In this document: piece by piece, positions 27,087 to 36,850 of the stretch
How the letters are laid out: every line of letters starts with the position of its first letter
Numbering within the stretch: the stretch's first letter is position 1
Source of the DNA: an uncultured Acidobacteriota bacterium
Lineage (GTDB): Bacteria > Acidobacteriota > Vicinamibacteria > Marinacidobacterales > DATDRI01
Direction of reading: 5' to 3'
Length of the DNA: 64,000 nt
Assembly (NCBI GenBank): GCA_963697355.1
Contig: CAVONV010000023.1
Location: forward strand, 1,459,780 to 1,523,779
Notes under the pieces: model-generated
The model's input: the letters and a program-made list of their open reading frames with translations, nothing else
Told to the model about the DNA's origin: nothing
Database searches by the model: none
Translations under genes and position numbers: made by a program

Positions 27087-27840
27087 GCGCATCTTGGTGG
27101 TCGACGACGAAAAAGTCGTTCTCGGCGCGGTTAACGAGGCTCTCAAAAAGACGGACTATCGAATCGAAACGGCGGAAAGTGCCGAGGCGGCCTTGAACCA
27201 ACTCAACGACGTCCGGTACGACGTGGTGATTACAGATCTGATGATGCCGGGTATCGATGGCCTGGAGCTCATGGAGATCTTGCGCAAGAAGGGGACCGAC
27301 ACGCGGGTCATCGTTATCACGGGATACCCTTCCGTCGATTCGGCGCTCGAAGCCAAACGCCTTGGGGCATTCGAGTATGTTACCAAACCGTTTACCCGTC
27401 AGGAGCTTCTCAGCGTCGTCGTTCGCGCCCTGCGCCATGGAGAGGAGGCCGCGACACGAGGCGATTCGCCGCCGATGACCTCCACGGGAAAGATCTACAT
27501 GATTCCCGGCCATGCTTGGGTGCAGTTGGAGCCCGATCGAACAGCACGGATTGGGATGGCACCCTCATTTGCGTCGACGGTAGGTGAGGTAGAGGACATC
27601 GAGCTGCCTGCCGAAGACCAACTCTTGGAGCAAGGCCGGATGTGTGTCGTCGTGCGTGCGGCGGACGGGGTAGAGCACTATTTGCAGTCGCCCTTGAGCG
27701 GAAGAGTTCTCGAGATCAATCGGATGGCCGGCGATGAGCCGGAGTTGGTCGTGAGAGATCCGGTGGATAGTGGGTGGCTGATCCGTTTGGAGCCGCAAGC
27801 GGTGGAGAAAGAGCTACCGAATCTGGTGGAAAAAGAATAG
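27079..27840 (+). CDS. Response regulator: REC domain fused to a GcvH-like (lipoyl-fold) domain lacking the lipoyl lysine
   Basis: RILVVDDE...DVVITDLMMPGIDG...KPF, then HAWVQLEPDRTARIGM...CVVVRAADGVEHYLQSPLSGRVLEIN...EPELVVRDPVDSGWLIRLEP (GcvH pattern with R in place of the ESVK lysine). Confidence 0.8.
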   Translation: MGKRILVVDDEKVVLGAVNEALKKTDYRIETAESAEAALNQLNDVRYDVVITDLMMPGIDGLELMEILRKKGTDTRVIVITGYPSVDSALEAKRLGAFEYVTKPFTRQELLSVVVRALRHGEEAATRGDSPPMTSTGKIYMIPGHAWVQLEPDRTARIGMAPSFASTVGEVEDIELPAEDQLLEQGRMCVVVRAADGVEHYLQSPLSGRVLEINRMAGDEPELVVRDPVDSGWLIRLEPQAVEKELPNLVEKE

Positions 27841-27960
27841 AAGGATCGATTGTCGCGTGCCCCAGCCCGAAGCACCAAAACGCAGGTCTGTGGCACCGGG
27901 TTTTCAATGGGAGCCAATCGGGCGGGGGAACGGGCTCGGAAACCGGCACGGGAGAAATCG

Positions 27961-28947
27961 CTAAGTAGGTTTTCTTGCTTCTAGGAGGCAGTCCATCATC
28001 TCGCCTCGGCGTAGGAGGCGTACGTTCTCGAAACCTGCTTCCATGAGAGCATCTTCCATCTCAGCCAGTGTAAACGTGTCACCGCCCTCTGTTGCCACCA
28101 GCATGTTCAAGGCGAACAAGGCTCCTTGGGGAGGGTAAGTCCGATCTTCATCCATGATGTGATCTCGGATCAAGACAACGCCACCAGGTTCGATAGCGCG
28201 GTGGATCTTGCGATAGAGATCGAGGTTTTGCTCTGGACTGTTCTGGTGGATGATGGCGGAGAGAAAAGCCAAATCACAGCCAGAAGGAAGCTCGTCTCGA
28301 TAGAAACTTCCTCCGACGAGCGTCACGCGATCGAGAAGCCCTTCCTCGACAAGGCGCTCCCGAGCCATGGCTACCACTTCGGGAAGGTCGAAAAGGGTTG
28401 CGCGGAGATCGGGGTAGTTTTCGAGAAAGGCGATGGTGTAGGTCCCGGAGCCACCACCGATGTCCAAAAGGTGGCGGAATCGACCGGCGTCGTAGGCGCT
28501 GGCGATTCCCTTGGAAAGCCGACGGCCGACGACGTGCATGCCACCGATGAAACTCTTCAGTACGTCGCCACCCATCTCAGCGGCGCGCTTGGACTCCGGA
28601 TTGTGGCCTCGGCGGACGGTCTCAGTGAGTTGACTCCAGTTGTCCCAGGTGTGGTTCATGTGAAGCACGATGGGTCGAATGGACTCAGGATGCCGAGATG
28701 ACAAGGGCGCTGCCAGTGGTGTCGTTTCGTATTCACCGTCGTTCTTACTCAGCAGACCGAAAGTGACGAGGACATCTAGAACCCTGGTCGTCGCTCGGGG
28801 ATCCGTGCTGAGAGCCCGTGCGAGGTCTTCAGCCGTCTTAGGGTTCTCACCGAGCTCGGCAAATACGTCGAGCTCGACCGCCGTGAGGATGACGCGGCTC
28901 GTTTGAAAGCTCCTCATCACGATGTGTAGCTCTTCTGGATTCATCAT
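27961..28947 (-). CDS. Class I SAM-dependent O-methyltransferase (dimerisation domain + Methyltransf_2 type)
   Basis: N-terminal winged-helix dimerisation region. SAM motif LLDIGGGSGTYTIAFLENYPDLRATLFDLPEV. Confidence 0.85.
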   Translation of the reverse strand: MMNPEELHIVMRSFQTSRVILTAVELDVFAELGENPKTAEDLARALSTDPRATTRVLDVLVTFGLLSKNDGEYETTPLAAPLSSRHPESIRPIVLHMNHTWDNWSQLTETVRRGHNPESKRAAEMGGDVLKSFIGGMHVVGRRLSKGIASAYDAGRFRHLLDIGGGSGTYTIAFLENYPDLRATLFDLPEVVAMARERLVEEGLLDRVTLVGGSFYRDELPSGCDLAFLSAIIHQNSPEQNLDLYRKIHRAIEPGGVVLIRDHIMDEDRTYPPQGALFALNMLVATEGGDTFTLAEMEDALMEAGFENVRLLRRGEMMDCLLEARKPT

Positions 28948-29429
28948 CGTCGACCACTCCGAATTTTGTTGGTTGGGTCGCCTTCTTCAACCATCTTGGT
29001 GAGGATTTGCTTTTCGCGGTCGCCGGGAACCTGGCCGCTCATACTTGCGCGAAGGACGATATCCCCACTGGAGTTGGTCCAGATGGCCGTGGCGTGAGCC
29101 CGGTTCTTCTCATCGATGGTGTCGATGGTGACCTTGCATGTCACCGTGTCTCCGATGGTGACGGGCCGGAGGAAACTAAAGTCGATTCCCGATGCCAGCC
29201 AGCCTATCTGTCCGCCGACTTCACAAACCATGCTACCTACGAGGAGCCCGTGACAAATGAGCTCGTGAAAGCCCTTCGCCGCCGCAAACCTCTGGTCGTA
29301 GTGAACCGGATTGTAGTCTCGAGTAATGGCGCCAAAGGCGTCCACGGCGGCCGCATCGATGGTGCGCGAGAGCTCGAACTCCATTCCAGCTGCGAGCCCC
29401 TCGATCGCCTCTTGTCTCCACTGTGACAT
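28944..29429 (-). CDS. MaoC-like (R)-specific enoyl-CoA hydratase / hot-dog dehydratase
   Basis: FGAITRDYNPVHYDQRFAAAKGFHELICHGLL motif. ATGA overlap with the methyltransferase start. Confidence 0.85.
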   Translation of the reverse strand: MSQWRQEAIEGLAAGMEFELSRTIDAAAVDAFGAITRDYNPVHYDQRFAAAKGFHELICHGLLVGSMVCEVGGQIGWLASGIDFSFLRPVTIGDTVTCKVTIDTIDEKNRAHATAIWTNSSGDIVLRASMSGQVPGDREKQILTKMVEEGDPTNKIRSGRR

Positions 29430-29478
29430 ATTGATTCACAAGCTCCTATGTGGTTGTACGTCAGCCAAATCCGCTTCT

Positions 29479-29513
29479 GAAGAACTCGAGAACTCGAGAA
29501 CTCAAGAACTCAG
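29479..29513. repeat. Octamer-array locus 4, reverse orientation (GAAGAACTCGAGAACTCGAGAACTCAAGAACTCAG)
   Basis: Direct reading. Confidence 0.85.
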
Positions 29514-29515
29514 TA

Positions 29516-29580
29516 AAGAAAGGGGACAGGTCCCTTTTTCTCCAGAAGAAAGAGCGAAAAAAGGGACCTGTCCCTTTTCT
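29516..29580 (-). terminator. Long stem-loop terminator after the M29 aminopeptidase gene
   Basis: Arm AGAAAGGGGACAGGTCCCTTTTT (29517-29539) pairs with AAAAAGGGACCTGTCCCTTTTCT (29558-29580) at 22/23 positions. U-rich in both directions. Confidence 0.7.
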
Positions 29581-29585
29581 TGCGC

Positions 29586-30554
29586 CTAGAGCCTGAGCTC
29601 TCCCTCCTCGACGATGACGACACCGTCGACGGTGATGTTGGGATTCCACATGAGGAGATCGTAATGGCATGCGGCTTTGACGGTTCCTCCCAACGTGATA
29701 CTGGTACCGATTCCAATATGGAGCGTTTTCAAGACACCCTCGTCGTCCAGCATACATCCCGTCAGTCGCGAATAGGGATTGAGCCCGAGCCCGATCTCAG
29801 CGATGTTGTAAACCATAGGGTCGTCTAGCGATCTCAAGTTGTCCTCCAACAGCCTTGCCTGCCGTCCTCCTTCGATGGATTGGATCATGCCCTTCTCGAC
29901 GCGGACGTTGATCTCATCCTGCAAAACACCGATGTCGATGTAAGGGATGCTCGCGTCGATGACGAGTCGACCTTCAGCGGAGCCTTCCAAGGGTGACACA
30001 TTGGCTTCCACGTTGGGGACGGGGGAGAACTGGCCCGACTGGACCAGGCAAGTCAGGGCGTTTCCTTGGCGTCCTTCGATGTTGACGTCGAGGTCCGTAC
30101 CCTTTCTTGTCGTCAGGTGGAGGTGTTTGCCTTCTTCGAAGGCCTGTGCCAAGGCCTTGCAGGTTGGCGCGATGCTCTCGAAGTCGGCTTCGATCCCCCC
30201 GTGGATGAGCATGTCGTCGCGGAACTGTGTCAGCATGAGCCCTCGGGCGCCGGCCTGGGCCGCTTCCTTGACGGCGTGGGTGTGAGTGATGGACTTGCTG
30301 ACGGGGGCAAAGAAAGCGCCCGCCTTTTTCATGGCTTCGGCAACAGCTTTTGGCGGTTCCTGGCCGTCTCTTTTTCGAGGGACGAGATAGGTCAAGATGG
30401 GCTCGGCGCCGATCTCGAACGCCGCGGTAGCGATGGCCTTTCCGATCTTTTCCATGTTGTAGTCGGCGATGATCAAAACTTCTTCTTCAGGCTGAACTGA
30501 AGCGCACACCTCCAAGATCTTCTTGGCCCCCCAAACCATCTGTATCTCGTACAT
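29586..30554 (-). CDS. M29-family (AmpS/PepS-like) aminopeptidase
   Basis: 322 aa. Resembles thermophilic metalloaminopeptidases (..HIGIGTSITLGGTVKAACHYDLLMWNP..). Good RBS GGAGGA. Confidence 0.75.
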   Translation of the reverse strand: MYEIQMVWGAKKILEVCASVQPEEEVLIIADYNMEKIGKAIATAAFEIGAEPILTYLVPRKRDGQEPPKAVAEAMKKAGAFFAPVSKSITHTHAVKEAAQAGARGLMLTQFRDDMLIHGGIEADFESIAPTCKALAQAFEEGKHLHLTTRKGTDLDVNIEGRQGNALTCLVQSGQFSPVPNVEANVSPLEGSAEGRLVIDASIPYIDIGVLQDEINVRVEKGMIQSIEGGRQARLLEDNLRSLDDPMVYNIAEIGLGLNPYSRLTGCMLDDEGVLKTLHIGIGTSITLGGTVKAACHYDLLMWNPNITVDGVVIVEEGELRL

Positions 30555-30716
30555 GCCGATCCTCCTCGTTGGAGGGGAGATTATATCAATCTAGGACGCA
30601 ATCGCTCACCAACGTCCCATTCGGAGCAGCAGTCGAGCCCGCCGTAGCCGTCGGCTGGAAGTCGAATCCGGAAGGGGAAGGCGGCTAGTCGACCGGTCCA
30701 GCATTCAGCCATCAGA

Positions 30717-31925
30717 TCACTTTCGGGCGAAGTGTTTGTCGAAAAAATGGTCGAAGGCGATGGCGGTGAATCCGTCCCCCGTGCAGTTGGTCGCGGTTCG
30801 AAACATGTCGGGCAAACCACCCGAAAGAGCGAGCCAAGTCATGACGAAGTTGGATTTCATAGGCTCTTGGAAACCGAGGATCGAGGCAAACAACGTGGCC
30901 GTCCACAGAGCGGTTCCCATCCCCACAGGAAGACCCGGTGCCGCGATGGTGAAGAGCACGAGGGCCGGTGCCACCATGAGTAGGGTTACCCATGAGATGG
31001 GTAGGCCGAAGACATAGGAGATGACGAAAGGCGCGTAGGCCACATACATGAGGGCGCTGGCGTTCATGTTCGCAATGGCTCCAAAAGGAACCACGAAATC
31101 GGCCACTTCGTCTCTCACACCGTAACGCTTGGTGTTGGCCAGATTCACGGGAAGCGTAGCAAGGGAGGAGCAAGTTCCAGCGGCGAAGATGGCCGTTGGA
31201 ATGTAGTACTCGGTGAGGACCTTGCGAACGGGCTGGCGAGCGATATAGCCGATGATGACGACGATATAGAAAAGGAACCAGACGAAACAAAGAGCCGCAG
31301 TATAAATCGTCATCGCGAAGTAGTGCCCCATTCCCATGCGAGCACCGAATTTCACCCCTAGGCTGATCCCGAAGAGGAGCACTAGAGGCACCATGACGTA
31401 GCCCATTTTGTCTCCAAGGCCAGCAATACCTTTCTCGATTCTCGAAAGGCCACGGTAGAGGGGATCGACCCAGGCAGCTACGGTTCCCAACACGATAGAA
31501 GCCAAGATGGCGATGAGGGGCAGCGAAGCGCTGGATTGTCCTTTGAACGAGCCGAGCATACCGATGGCCTCTGTCCAGGCTCCGGATTCTCCTGTTGAGA
31601 ACGGGATTCGAAAAAGGACAGAGGAGATCGCAAGGCCGAGCATGCCTGCCACCGAGGAGCTCACGACGTACCAGAGTATGACGGAGGTGGCGAACTTACC
31701 CGCGAGCCCGCGCCGAACGAGAGTCGCGATGGAGGGACTCAAGGCCGCGAAGATCAACAAGGGCACGAAAGCGACGACGGCTCGAATCAACCAAGTGGTC
31801 AGGGTGGCGACGGGTCGGAGGAGATCCGGCAGCAAGCCACCGAGGCTGATGCCGGTAACCAGCGCCAAAAAAGTCCAAACGTAAGTTGGAATGGACTGAA
31901 ATCGACCCCCCATTGCTCCTGCCAT
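30717..31925 (-). CDS. Dicarboxylate/amino-acid:cation symporter (DAACS) family transporter
   Basis: ~8 TM plus re-entrant loops. C-terminal TATNCTGDGFTAIAFD motif. Confidence 0.8.
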   Translation of the reverse strand: MAGAMGGRFQSIPTYVWTFLALVTGISLGGLLPDLLRPVATLTTWLIRAVVAFVPLLIFAALSPSIATLVRRGLAGKFATSVILWYVVSSSVAGMLGLAISSVLFRIPFSTGESGAWTEAIGMLGSFKGQSSASLPLIAILASIVLGTVAAWVDPLYRGLSRIEKGIAGLGDKMGYVMVPLVLLFGISLGVKFGARMGMGHYFAMTIYTAALCFVWFLFYIVVIIGYIARQPVRKVLTEYYIPTAIFAAGTCSSLATLPVNLANTKRYGVRDEVADFVVPFGAIANMNASALMYVAYAPFVISYVFGLPISWVTLLMVAPALVLFTIAAPGLPVGMGTALWTATLFASILGFQEPMKSNFVMTWLALSGGLPDMFRTATNCTGDGFTAIAFDHFFDKHFARK

Positions 31926-31952
31926 GGCCCGCCCGTCCGGCGCTTTCCGGAC

Positions 31953-33182
31953 CTACGATTTCGTCTCCAAGTCCGAGACGATGATGGTGCCTACCATGTC
32001 ACCCATGCAGTTGAGAGTCGTGTTTCCCATGTCGAGAAATCGATAGATGCCGCTCACGATGACTGCGATCTCGAGGGGAAGGTTGAAGGCTTGAACGAAT
32101 ATGAGGGCCACGACGAGTCCGCCACCGGGAATGCCGCCGGAACCCGTCGTAAGGAGAAGGCCCACCAACACAATGGTGGCCTGAGAGGCCAATCCGAACT
32201 CCATTCCGGCCGCTTGCGCTGTGAACAACAAGACACCCGCCAGCATGATCGCTGTGCCGTCTTTGTTGAGTTGGGCGCCCAAGGGCAGTGTAAAAGAGTA
32301 GATACTCGAAGGCAGCTTGACGCGCTCTTCTGCGACCTTCAACGAAACCACCAGGCTTGCCAGACTGCTACATGTTGCCGCCGTAGTGGCATAGAGGGGA
32401 GCCGTTTGCTTGAGGAACTCGATTGGTGAGCGTCGGGTAAAGACATACAGGACGATCATGTAGATGACCGCCATGACCGCCTGGGTGCCCCAGACACCTC
32501 CGATGAAAATCGCCAAGGGGCCGAAGATAACCGCGCCGTATTGACCCACGGTGGAAGCGGCGAGAGCCCCGATCCCGAGGGGTCCCAAGTACATGATGAT
32601 CTCGACGAGCTTCCTCAAAAGCTCGGCGAGGAGATCGAAAACTCCCTGCAACGCTTGTCGTTTTTCTTGGGGTAGCGCCAGTGCCGTCACACCCAAGAAC
32701 ATGGCAAACACAACGACTTGGGTCAGGTTCCCCTCGCTGAAGGCAGCGAAGACATTCTCCGGAACGAGATCCAATAAAACGTTCGCAATGGAAGGAACCT
32801 CTCCGAAGCTCTCTTCGACTTCACCTGTCAACTGCATCCCGACACCGGGCCGGATCCAGTTCATGACTAAGAGGCCCAGGGTGAGAGCGACCGTTGTAGT
32901 GAAAGCGTAGTAAAGGGTGATGCGCCCGCCCACGCGGCCCAGGGCGCCGATATCGGGCAAGTTAGTCAGTCCGGCAAGGAGATTGAAAAAAACGAGGGGA
33001 ATCGCCGCCATCATGAGAAGACGGATGAACAGGTCACCCAAAGGCTGAACGACTCGAGCTCGTTCTCCAAAAATGAGACCGGCCAGAATGCCAACGATCA
33101 TGAAAATCAGGATTCTCAGTCCAAGTGATAGCCGGCCATAGCGATGGTAGAGGTCGATCAAAGGGCGAGCGGGATTACTCAC
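31953..33182 (-). CDS. Dicarboxylate/amino-acid:cation symporter (GltP-like)
   Basis: SSLASLVVSLKV, GAQLNKDGTAIM and NCMGDMVGTIIV motifs. GTG start at 33182 after GGGAG; the longer ORF to 33278 is unlikely. Confidence 0.85.
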   Translation of the reverse strand: MSNPARPLIDLYHRYGRLSLGLRILIFMIVGILAGLIFGERARVVQPLGDLFIRLLMMAAIPLVFFNLLAGLTNLPDIGALGRVGGRITLYYAFTTTVALTLGLLVMNWIRPGVGMQLTGEVEESFGEVPSIANVLLDLVPENVFAAFSEGNLTQVVVFAMFLGVTALALPQEKRQALQGVFDLLAELLRKLVEIIMYLGPLGIGALAASTVGQYGAVIFGPLAIFIGGVWGTQAVMAVIYMIVLYVFTRRSPIEFLKQTAPLYATTAATCSSLASLVVSLKVAEERVKLPSSIYSFTLPLGAQLNKDGTAIMLAGVLLFTAQAAGMEFGLASQATIVLVGLLLTTGSGGIPGGGLVVALIFVQAFNLPLEIAVIVSGIYRFLDMGNTTLNCMGDMVGTIIVSDLETKS

Positions 33183-33370
33183 AATGATGGCTCCCAGGGG
33201 GAGAGAATTGATGCTGAAGACGGCTTGATGGGCGACGCACGGCGACGTGAGCATACGTTCTGAAGTCGTGGAGATCAAACGGCCAGCAAACGAGGAAAGG
33301 CGGACCCGAACTCGGTTTCACGTCGGGAGCTCTCGCACTATACTTGACCGCCCCGGTCTGCATTTGGGCC

Positions 33371-34972
33371 ATGAGGAGGAAGTCAATGTTCTTGTTTGGT
33401 TCCAAACATCTCGCCGCCGTGTCACTGGTCTTGTGGGTCGTCCTTCCGAGCGGCCTGTCGGCAGCAGGTGATGTCGGAACGCGTGAAGATCGCGCTGCCC
33501 TTTTCGACTATCTGCTGACCAAGACCATGGAGCGGGAGTCCTTTTCTCCGATCAAGATTCAGAACTTGGGTTTGGATGTGAGAACGGAAATGCTCCGTTT
33601 CAAGGAAGAACTCATCGCGGCCGATAGCGACGAGGAGCTCTTTTACGCTCTGGTGAAGATCAGCAATGCGCGCAAGGACCGACATCTGAGTGTCGATCTC
33701 GTTGAGGGGGGGATAACACTCGCCGGCACCACCGAGACACCGTTCCATGCTCCCGTACGCTTTTTCGCCGATTACTCGAAGCCTGATCGTACCTTCATAT
33801 TTCTAGGTGATTACGCCAAAAACATCGCCGAGATCACGGGTGACAAGGTGCCGGAGGTCGGTGACAAGCTGGTGGCTATCAACGACCAGCCTATCGATGA
33901 TTATGTCAAGGATATTAAGCCCTACCATCGATACTCGACGGTGAACGGCCTCTGGTGGAAGCTCGCGTTGTGGATTCCTCAGAAGAGCCATATCTTTCCA
34001 CCCCAGTTCTACCGGGAGAACGTCACCTTCTCTTTGGAGAACAAGAAGGGCGACCGGTACTCGCTGGAGCTGCCCTACCTCGCGCCCGATACCATCGACT
34101 GGTCCGGGCACGGCGAGCGAGAATACCCGGGCTTCAGCTTGGCGTACTCGACCGAGACCTACGATCTCTTCCTGTCGGCGGAAGACAAACCGGTCCTCAT
34201 CATTGCCTGGCACGCGTTCCGAGCCCACCTCGTCGAGGACATGGATCGGCTCATGGACTACGCGGTCGAGCATCAATTGCTGGATCACGCCATTATCTGG
34301 GACGGTACGAGAAGCGGAGGCGGGTCCAAAGGAGCCTACGCCGTCCAGCGTCTCTCGCCCAAGCCGTTCAAGACAACCTTTGGGAACTTGCGGTTGAGCG
34401 ACGTGACACCGATGTTCATCGAACGGAAGCGTGGAGAGTTCAAGGAGAAGAAGCTTCTGGACTCCGGAGTCAGTGAGACCATTGACGACGGTACCTGGTT
34501 GATGGACTGGCTAGAAGACGATGTCACCAAGGGAATCCGTGACGGCCAGGCCTACTCCAACAACGTTCCTTTCAAACTGGCCCACCTTCCCAAGTACTCG
34601 GATGGAATCATTCGGCCGGCGGATGTGCATTTTCGTGGTCCTATGGTTTGTCTCTTGGGGCCCCACGGCGGATCTCACCTGGACCAATTCGTTTCCATCA
34701 TCGTTGATAACGGCTTGGCACACACCATGGGTATGCCGGTAGGAGGATACAGCAACACCTGGGAATGGGAGGAGGTGCTGACGTTCCCCATCAGCAAGAA
34801 GCCCATCGTTCAATATATGTGGTCCATCGGCCATACGATTCGTCCCAACGGGGAAATCCTGGAAGGCAATCCGGCCCAAGTGGATGAGTACATTCCGCTG
34901 ACCAAAGACAACTATGAGAGCTATTATGCATCGCTCGTGACAAAAGCTCTGAAGCACTTCGGGATCGAGTGA
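33371..34972 (+). CDS. Secreted S41 (tail-specific protease)-like family protein
   Basis: Signal peptide. IIWDGTRSGGG resembles the DxRxNxGG motif, and a later LLGPHGGSHLDQF...GMPVGG resembles the Ser-site region. Assignment is tentative. Confidence 0.55.
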   Translation: MRRKSMFLFGSKHLAAVSLVLWVVLPSGLSAAGDVGTREDRAALFDYLLTKTMERESFSPIKIQNLGLDVRTEMLRFKEELIAADSDEELFYALVKISNARKDRHLSVDLVEGGITLAGTTETPFHAPVRFFADYSKPDRTFIFLGDYAKNIAEITGDKVPEVGDKLVAINDQPIDDYVKDIKPYHRYSTVNGLWWKLALWIPQKSHIFPPQFYRENVTFSLENKKGDRYSLELPYLAPDTIDWSGHGEREYPGFSLAYSTETYDLFLSAEDKPVLIIAWHAFRAHLVEDMDRLMDYAVEHQLLDHAIIWDGTRSGGGSKGAYAVQRLSPKPFKTTFGNLRLSDVTPMFIERKRGEFKEKKLLDSGVSETIDDGTWLMDWLEDDVTKGIRDGQAYSNNVPFKLAHLPKYSDGIIRPADVHFRGPMVCLLGPHGGSHLDQFVSIIVDNGLAHTMGMPVGGYSNTWEWEEVLTFPISKKPIVQYMWSIGHTIRPNGEILEGNPAQVDEYIPLTKDNYESYYASLVTKALKHFGIE

Positions 34973-35024
34973 GCCATCTGCTTAGCTGTTCCCCTAGAAA
35001 TCAATATCGAGGAGGTCACACTTC

Positions 35025-36245
35025 ATGGTCGGAGGTCAGGAAAAGGGCGAGCGAAGAGAATCGCAAATCGCCGAGGCCCGACAGCTCTTCCCTGGCGCTG
35101 AGCGCTGGACCTACATGGACGTTTCTGCCCGAGGTATTCTCTCCACCAAAGTACGCGCTGCCGTCGATGACTACCTTTACGAACGACTGGACAACGGTGG
35201 CAACAAGAAGTGGATGCTGGACAAAATCGAGCAGGTTCGAGAGCGATATGCGCAACTCATCAACGCTCACCCGGTCGAGATTGCATATACCAAGAATGTG
35301 TCCGACGGTCTCAACATGGTCGCCGGAGGCCTTCCGTGGGAAGAGGGTGACAACGTGGTCGTATGTCCGGAGCTCGAGCATCCGAACAACGTCTACCTTT
35401 GGTACAACCTCCAAAAGCGAAAAAGTGTCGAGGTGCGCGCCATCAAGCCCCGAAATGGTTTCATCCCGAGTGAGGAGATGTTGGCTGCGATCGATAAGAG
35501 GACGCGATTGCTCACGGTTCCATCCGTCACCTTTTCTCCAGGTTATGTCACCGACTTGAAACACCTGTCCGAGAGTTGTCGTCGGAATGGAGTTTTCTTT
35601 CTTGTCGACGCGGCGCAGTCCGTGGGCGTTCAGCACACCGACGTCACCGAGCTCGGGGTCGATGGCCTGACCGTAGCCACTCAGAAGGGTCTTCTGGCTT
35701 TTTACGGGATGGGTTTCCTTTACTGTCAGAGAGAATGGGCCGAACGTCTCTGGCCCGTCTCCCTCGCACGATTCGGCGTCGACTTGGGGGATGCCCATGA
35801 AACCGCATTGGGAGGCGATCAGCTGAAGTTGAACCCCGGCGCTCGTCGCTTCGATTTGGGTAACTACAACTACATTGCCGCCGTTTCTGCAGGTGCATCG
35901 ATGAAGATGTTGCTCGAGCTCGGTACGCGTCATATTGAAGCGCATGTGAGGAGACTTTCCCATTTGCTCGCGAAAGGGTTGTTCGAGCTCGGGTTGCCGG
36001 TCTGTGGTGGTCCTCCCGGAGACCGTCTCGGCCACATCGTCACCGTCGGCAGCCCGGGGGCCGGTGGGCACGACACCGCCAACGACGCTCGGATGAACAG
36101 CTTGCACGAACATCTCAGCGACAATGGTGTCAAGCTCTCCATCAGGCGCGGCGTGCTCCGCTTCTCCTTGCACCTCTACAACAACGAGGAGGACGTTGGG
36201 CGGGTCGTTGAGCTTGCCCGTGAATGGCAGGAGAGGCAGAAATGA
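35025..36245 (+). CDS. Class V aminotransferase-fold PLP enzyme (cysteine-desulfurase/epimerase-like)
   Basis: YMDVSARG..., FFLVDAAQSVG, and LTVATQKGL (PLP lysine context). Confidence 0.85.
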   Translation: MVGGQEKGERRESQIAEARQLFPGAERWTYMDVSARGILSTKVRAAVDDYLYERLDNGGNKKWMLDKIEQVRERYAQLINAHPVEIAYTKNVSDGLNMVAGGLPWEEGDNVVVCPELEHPNNVYLWYNLQKRKSVEVRAIKPRNGFIPSEEMLAAIDKRTRLLTVPSVTFSPGYVTDLKHLSESCRRNGVFFLVDAAQSVGVQHTDVTELGVDGLTVATQKGLLAFYGMGFLYCQREWAERLWPVSLARFGVDLGDAHETALGGDQLKLNPGARRFDLGNYNYIAAVSAGASMKMLLELGTRHIEAHVRRLSHLLAKGLFELGLPVCGGPPGDRLGHIVTVGSPGAGGHDTANDARMNSLHEHLSDNGVKLSIRRGVLRFSLHLYNNEEDVGRVVELAREWQERQK

Positions 36246-36312
36246 AGCGGTGCGCCGTTTCTTGGAGATTTTGGCGCCGAAAAGTTACTTGAACCGTGGA
36301 TGGTCCGGAAGG

Positions 36313-36837
36313 TTACCCACCCGAGAACGCTTCTTGAGCTGAACTCCAAAGCTCGACGTACTTCGCTCGGACGCTGGCATCCAGGGAGTTGGACAGCTCG
36401 CGAGGCAACTTCAAGAGGACGACCAAGTCTTGTACATCGGCGAGGTCCCGTAAGCGATGCGAAGCAGTGAGACCCGAGGCAAGCTTGAGCTCGATAAGTT
36501 GTTCGAGCTTAACGACGCGTAAGCCTTCGATTTCCACAGAGCTGAAAGCGGGCTCCGGGAAAACCACAGGCTTCGGCTTACCGTCTCCCGGATACTCCCC
36601 GGTGGTGATGATCTCGATGGGGACTTTCGATTCTGCGTCTCGATAGCTCTTCTGTGCGTCAGGAAACGAAGGAACATAGCCGAGACCGACGCACTTTTGT
36701 TTGAACTGTTCCAGCCCGGCCTTGCTGAGAAGGACGTCCACGTCCTGCGTGACTCGGTTGTACCCGTGGATATTGAGGGCCATGCCTCCAATGATGGCAT
36801 AGTCGATACCTTCTCGATCGAGACGCTGCGCCATCAC
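36313..36837 (-). CDS. Small stand-alone nucleotidyltransferase-fold protein
   Basis: IIGGMALNIHGYNRVTQDVDVLL matches the GG..(n)..D.D minimal NTase motif. 174 aa. No partner gene adjacent. Confidence 0.65.
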   Translation of the reverse strand: MMAQRLDREGIDYAIIGGMALNIHGYNRVTQDVDVLLSKAGLEQFKQKCVGLGYVPSFPDAQKSYRDAESKVPIEIITTGEYPGDGKPKPVVFPEPAFSSVEIEGLRVVKLEQLIELKLASGLTASHRLRDLADVQDLVVLLKLPRELSNSLDASVRAKYVELWSSAQEAFSGG

Positions 36838-36850
36838 AAGATTATCATGT

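Noticed and set aside
35016-36173. 385-aa minus-strand ORF opposite the class V aminotransferase
   Set aside because: The plus-strand frame carries clear PLP-enzyme motifs. The antisense frame has none.
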